Part shown: positions 28,201 to 30,023 of the stretch, in pieces
Position numbering within the stretch: the first letter of the stretch is position 1
How the letters are laid out: each line of letters begins with the position of its first letter
Origin: a virus
Lineage: Duplodnaviria; Caudoviricetes
IMG/VR virus record: IMGVR_UViG_3300044723_004952
Span: 1 to 30,023 of that record
DNA length: 30,023 nt
Direction: 5' to 3' (one strand)
Program-made: the position numbers and the translations under genes
Notes under the pieces: model-generated
The model's database searches: none
The model's input: the letters and a program-made list of their open reading frames with translations, nothing else
Told to the model about the DNA's origin: nothing

Positions 28201-30023
28201 AAGAATGCATCTAATAGGAAAAGAAAACTGGCTGAGGGAGACAATAGGTACAATCAGGTAGAAGTGCCACCCTCCAAGTTTCCAAACAAAGAGCCAGACG
28301 CAGGTGCGCGTGTGTACCACGAAGCAAATGTCGCAGCCAATAACGAGGTGCTCTTGGAGCTTCGTCATGTATATACAGATTTAGGTGATAACTTACCTAA
28401 TAAGTATAAGGGTGAAGACGGGTTTAAGAAGTTCGTTAAGGAAATTGGGTTAACTGACATACAGAAACTCATGAATAAGTACACCGAGATCCTTGGTGTT
28501 GACATGGATTATCTTAATAATCTCACAATCTATGACCAAGGCATGAATCGCAGGGGGCGCGACCGCGCATTGATTGATGCAGTTTCTTATCTCAGCAGGA
28601 TTCGCGAGAAAGCCAGAAAGAATAAGGCAAGCATCGGCGAATCAATTGATAAAGTAAAAGCAGATCTTGCGGCATTTGAGCGTCTTCATGAAAGGATGCA
28701 GGCTGGCAAGTTAATTGCACCAGCGGAGTTAGCCCAGAGCCTAGTAGATAAAGTCAAGGGTATAACTGTGCCTCAGATGCAGAAGATTTTATCCACTATG
28801 GAGGGTGGGGCAGATGTCACGGTTGAAGATCTTAAGAAATTTAGGGAGGATCCAAGCTTAAACTCAAAGATTGCAGGAGCTATGAACGCCGTAATCGAGA
28901 TGTCTGATTCCGTGGAGACAATGAAGGTATCAGACATTATTGAACGCATCGAAGGATCACTAGACCCCAGGTTAAAATTTCTCAAGGAAGACAAGTTCGC
29001 ACTTCACGCATTCGCAAGTAAGACAAGAGACAGCATTGATCTATACGCAATGCTACGGATCGCAAAAGATTCAGATAGTGATCGCAAGAAGTCATTTATG
29101 CGTACAGTGGCTAGGATCGCAGGGGCGAAGAAGCCAAAGCAGGTCAAAGATGCGTACAACGAATCGTTCAAAAAGAACAGACTTGGTACACAATTAAAGA
29201 ACCTGAGGGACGCAAAACTCCAGGCACTAAAAGTAGAAAAGAACTACGGAGAGAACCTTGCTGACAAAGGTTTGCATGAGGCAATTGACGGGATTCTGCT
29301 CGACAAGGAAACTAGACTAAGAACAGCATTGGGTGAGCTTGAGCCGATTGATATTCGTCATGGGGTAAACATGAAGGTCATGCGCAGAAAGCGTGACGAG
29401 CAGGGGAACATAATTACCTCGGGGCCAGTCCACGAGCAATGGGAACTAGATGACTACCGCATAAAGTACAAAGGTGGCAAACTTGATGACAAGGATGGTT
29501 TTGTAAAAGCCAATGTTGAGACACTTGAGTTTCTCAGGGACGAGAAAGCCAGGGAAGCATTTTCCCATGAGCCGTGGTATGACATTATGCGCGAGCAAGC
29601 CAATCGTGCGATGAATGAGCCCGTGGGCGATCAATACTTTACTATTAGAAAACAAGCATGGATGGCGGGAATAGAGTCACTCAATGCAAGGCTGAACAGA
29701 TTGGGATACGAAGGTAAGAAGTTAGCAGGGATGTTATCCCGTACCTCTGCGTTATTCAGAGACATAAACTCCGATGTGCAATACTACGCAAAGCGTTGGA
29801 ATGTTGCGTACCTAAACCTGATGGACAAGCTGGGTATAGATGGGCAGAAGATGTTCACTACATTTTACCAGGACTTGTGGTGGTGGATGGATCAACATCC
29901 TGAGTACGATGGTAATGAGACAGATGCAGTTAATGCAGTCTGGTCACACCTGAAAGAGTACGCAAATATATCAGACAAGTCTAAGCTCAATGCGGAAACA
30001 AAGAAAGCAATGGTGGGTCTACT
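22279..30023 (+). CDS. Giant polyvalent internal virion / ejection protein (at least 2581 aa, 3' truncated) with zincin metallopeptidase and ADP-ribosyltransferase-like domains; not in ORF track
   Basis: Hand translation from ATG 22279 (MPSLIPNDIDDPIAEQY...) finds no stop to the window end. It has Gly/Ala hydrophobic helices and EGATEGAQE (23206-23232), HELTH (27004-27018) with downstream EEFFAE (27229-27246), and FHVTLTENISNIEKEGI (from 27826). Confidence 0.9.
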   Translation, partial: MPSLIPNDIDDPIAEQYRAQLDAVGQDTRFLSNREIVKRLGDSLIQGGRTNDDIVSTYGEGFLSNYLDEKNKPVEGQGVFGDAMASLRRQAIGLGEVALGGVGLAADAMPGELFDPVRDAAMRKAAELSQASAEGPQPTIDSYADVRMDKPMEVLRYGANLLGGALPSVAQAAATGGVGGLVGVAGKGLLKKKIRKELGDIAEEELERLAKKKAFKYGAAAGLGASSGIMGTGEVYAELYPYTQLAETDENYIDPETARNVSFAGGALVAGLDFVSAGKMLNKLIGIGDKASSDYLKRLLRNLPEGVFLEGATEGAQEFIIMASEKYARGENMTEFTGQEIERMINAGIMGAAGGSQFAAISAIPGSKSDPREIDDSDTPKLDMSQRPDTDSILGDRPGETLGFEVGQEVSEPFGVSGTIESITNGMATVRSSKVDADGVESVRIKQVPVSHLAPVFEKQVIQDDDKPDTPEQKVKKQAKKEADDKPKKIVAEPAKSSTFKVPQDDYVEEVGAKDFKGVSALESNDARDVYNALLPIMNDPKSGIKQGNTFDMVGVIKGLVADGRITQKILDKATANGNAALKVLRTSGILGDQREAGNYNWRKSTAYDNQLAEDKALYKERKKAETRNKNIEKRGLKVDEENPQVLKVSGSSDYYVVRDIVQDPKDPIEDGYVIVDQYSDFELKESVRTNLYVDPSVLNKPIVKRDVLGEGGKPVGIETIEMEIEMPSNADYAKGIKFFHYGKNGRLLSKAIEVKGETLEDIGQVIKTNGPLLKRLKENPGYVSITHLDDQGQEVETNVQYDLDALDGELTIGGQDVGVNKIPIEKHFVEKNGVDQINTLPRDLKIDFVHFDDTIDNQVKEKGLEPDAENLVKFKGNTSGIAFGVFKKTDRSGGLPTDSIRVASLKKNRSRISGYSAIDGKWKKISDWGDRSYELIGFITADEKYGRDIDIYYENASKLKDDLVRGGYVKNALSQDNIPAHVERTLAEEYDISSKKDPKTNNYEKTFRKLRQRERELAFENPEEDYSVISGQYNLEKDSPLKEGEDKEHKDLMRKLLQLQVDLETLSQLKKKGATFEKSDIAPFRDQDAFWLLTVLERNYPFWNELMDLENGPIALYTRSNDLRRKKNSGSALSQEDSEFLNRTEAIFTREDTNGNPQRMSLKEILEEFHFKDAEDSTRRVLLRNAARSIIPENSKIEVISKPIADKLLDVFNEHKKHNTATLLDDDTPEVIDDARQSPEGTMALLKLYLVRAGMSADDAGKLLKESRHAGVADQGRGAQLRSQGKLNEAKDKEIFINEDNFNPADILKSITLERRRIKGEPEPDLSYDARTGTRNKQVDRAFDMLKEKIPYYKDLMREVYKPQAQGESVFLTPEDQVSIDDLRQISSMYGADGRNEFQAKIPQKPDLVTGVVEPARKLPLTPEDIEADGVLAAQSETAIIAPEQNPMEAGGYPELVTLAQGAIDKFVGEGDSQGTFSAKLALDKIIKDVNPDFVNSDSLTFWASMLKGSNSLNDVRIRFMPWNEFRKYARVTQYGVTAGVYIPSNNEIIITDTFYNDPDKKISADEALANLLIHELTHVPVRLGILVGAATITGNQHILEEMSNLGLGVDNQGLAKIYQNVKDVIIPYLHEINKEYGVNPREYALTSVEEFFAELPSNYELRHLLKKARITPELSKQLGMSSKNPFKTIWQYIRRLIARIIGVEPNLLDTADNYLKSIIKKAQPMGKYMGQLPFDNKYRNQQMLFDFDPKVEEAPSDLPTFWGLYKIKKGNPKMYQQVAEAIFSPGNEYLDGDIAYQYSKKLGLNRKKLYAEIQRAHARHRRRTGYRYSQIEIPTPMDGDGFLKDHKFHVTLTENISNIEKEGITSGHPSNWKMAGTGQDYGAGKVFAMDNYFDAIKWATEMEWARYSTMGNGSVSIITFKDTLDGDIQFPWAEDNEDIINTSGNEGKWYKRQEKVRSGQILGFTKVDLEHVKNASNRKRKLAEGDNRYNQVEVPPSKFPNKEPDAGARVYHEANVAANNEVLLELRHVYTDLGDNLPNKYKGEDGFKKFVKEIGLTDIQKLMNKYTEILGVDMDYLNNLTIYDQGMNRRGRDRALIDAVSYLSRIREKARKNKASIGESIDKVKADLAAFERLHERMQAGKLIAPAELAQSLVDKVKGITVPQMQKILSTMEGGADVTVEDLKKFREDPSLNSKIAGAMNAVIEMSDSVETMKVSDIIERIEGSLDPRLKFLKEDKFALHAFASKTRDSIDLYAMLRIAKDSDSDRKKSFMRTVARIAGAKKPKQVKDAYNESFKKNRLGTQLKNLRDAKLQALKVEKNYGENLADKGLHEAIDGILLDKETRLRTALGELEPIDIRHGVNMKVMRRKRDEQGNIITSGPVHEQWELDDYRIKYKGGKLDDKDGFVKANVETLEFLRDEKAREAFSHEPWYDIMREQANRAMNEPVGDQYFTIRKQAWMAGIESLNARLNRLGYEGKKLAGMLSRTSALFRDINSDVQYYAKRWNVAYLNLMDKLGIDGQKMFTTFYQDLWWWMDQHPEYDGNETDAVNAVWSHLKEYANISDKSKLNAETKKAMVGL

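Noticed and set aside
540-29655. Minus-strand ORFs and short alternate-frame + ORFs in the track (e.g. 207-476, 1374-1622, 10710-11129, 20403-20792, 23346-23780, 28030-28368)
   Set aside because: They lie mostly or wholly within longer, motif-bearing + strand genes, including the giant ORF, and show no recognisable motifs. They are treated as shadow ORFs.
22280-30023. Apparent 7.7-kb gene desert suggesting a non-coding region or stop-codon reassignment
   Set aside because: It is a single open + frame under the standard code that simply runs off the window. All three stop codons are used normally elsewhere.
22279-30023. Virion RNA polymerase (N4- or crAss-like) as the identity of the giant protein
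   Set aside because: I saw no DxDxD-type or T7-like polymerase catalytic motifs in the translated part. The missing C-terminus cannot be assessed.
1-30023. CRISPR arrays, tRNA/rRNA genes, integrase or transposase
   Set aside because: No regularly spaced DNA repeats, no intergenic space with a recognisable RNA gene (largest gap 105 bp), and no recombinase motifs were seen by eye.

Overview
The window is the virion-morphogenesis region of a tailed dsDNA bacteriophage with podovirus-type organisation. All credible genes are on the + strand and tightly packed, many through stop/start overlaps. Order: C-terminus of a probable portal, two small proteins, a calcineurin-like metallophosphoesterase and a small HTH-like protein, scaffold, major capsid protein, an unusually long adaptor-fibre fusion (1014 aa), a 143-aa virion accessory protein, two membrane proteins (possible lysis genes), a nozzle-like protein, a cluster of fibre proteins plus a fibre-assembly chaperone, a GNAT acetyltransferase, and putative ejection proteins. 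Two real-looking ORFs are missing from the supplied track: a 50-aa ORF (729-881) and a giant ORF from 22279 that stays open to the window end (at least 2581 codons, translated by hand). The giant ORF carries a HExxH zincin metallopeptidase and an ADP-ribosyltransferase-like domain flanked by duplicated linkers. The most novel-looking signal is a run of five small fibre genes (9978-12467) whose N- and C-terminal motifs are distributed like a head-to-tail docking chain. All family assignments come from motif recognition and gene order, not from database searches. No rRNA, tRNA, CRISPR array, integrase or reverse transcriptase was seen.
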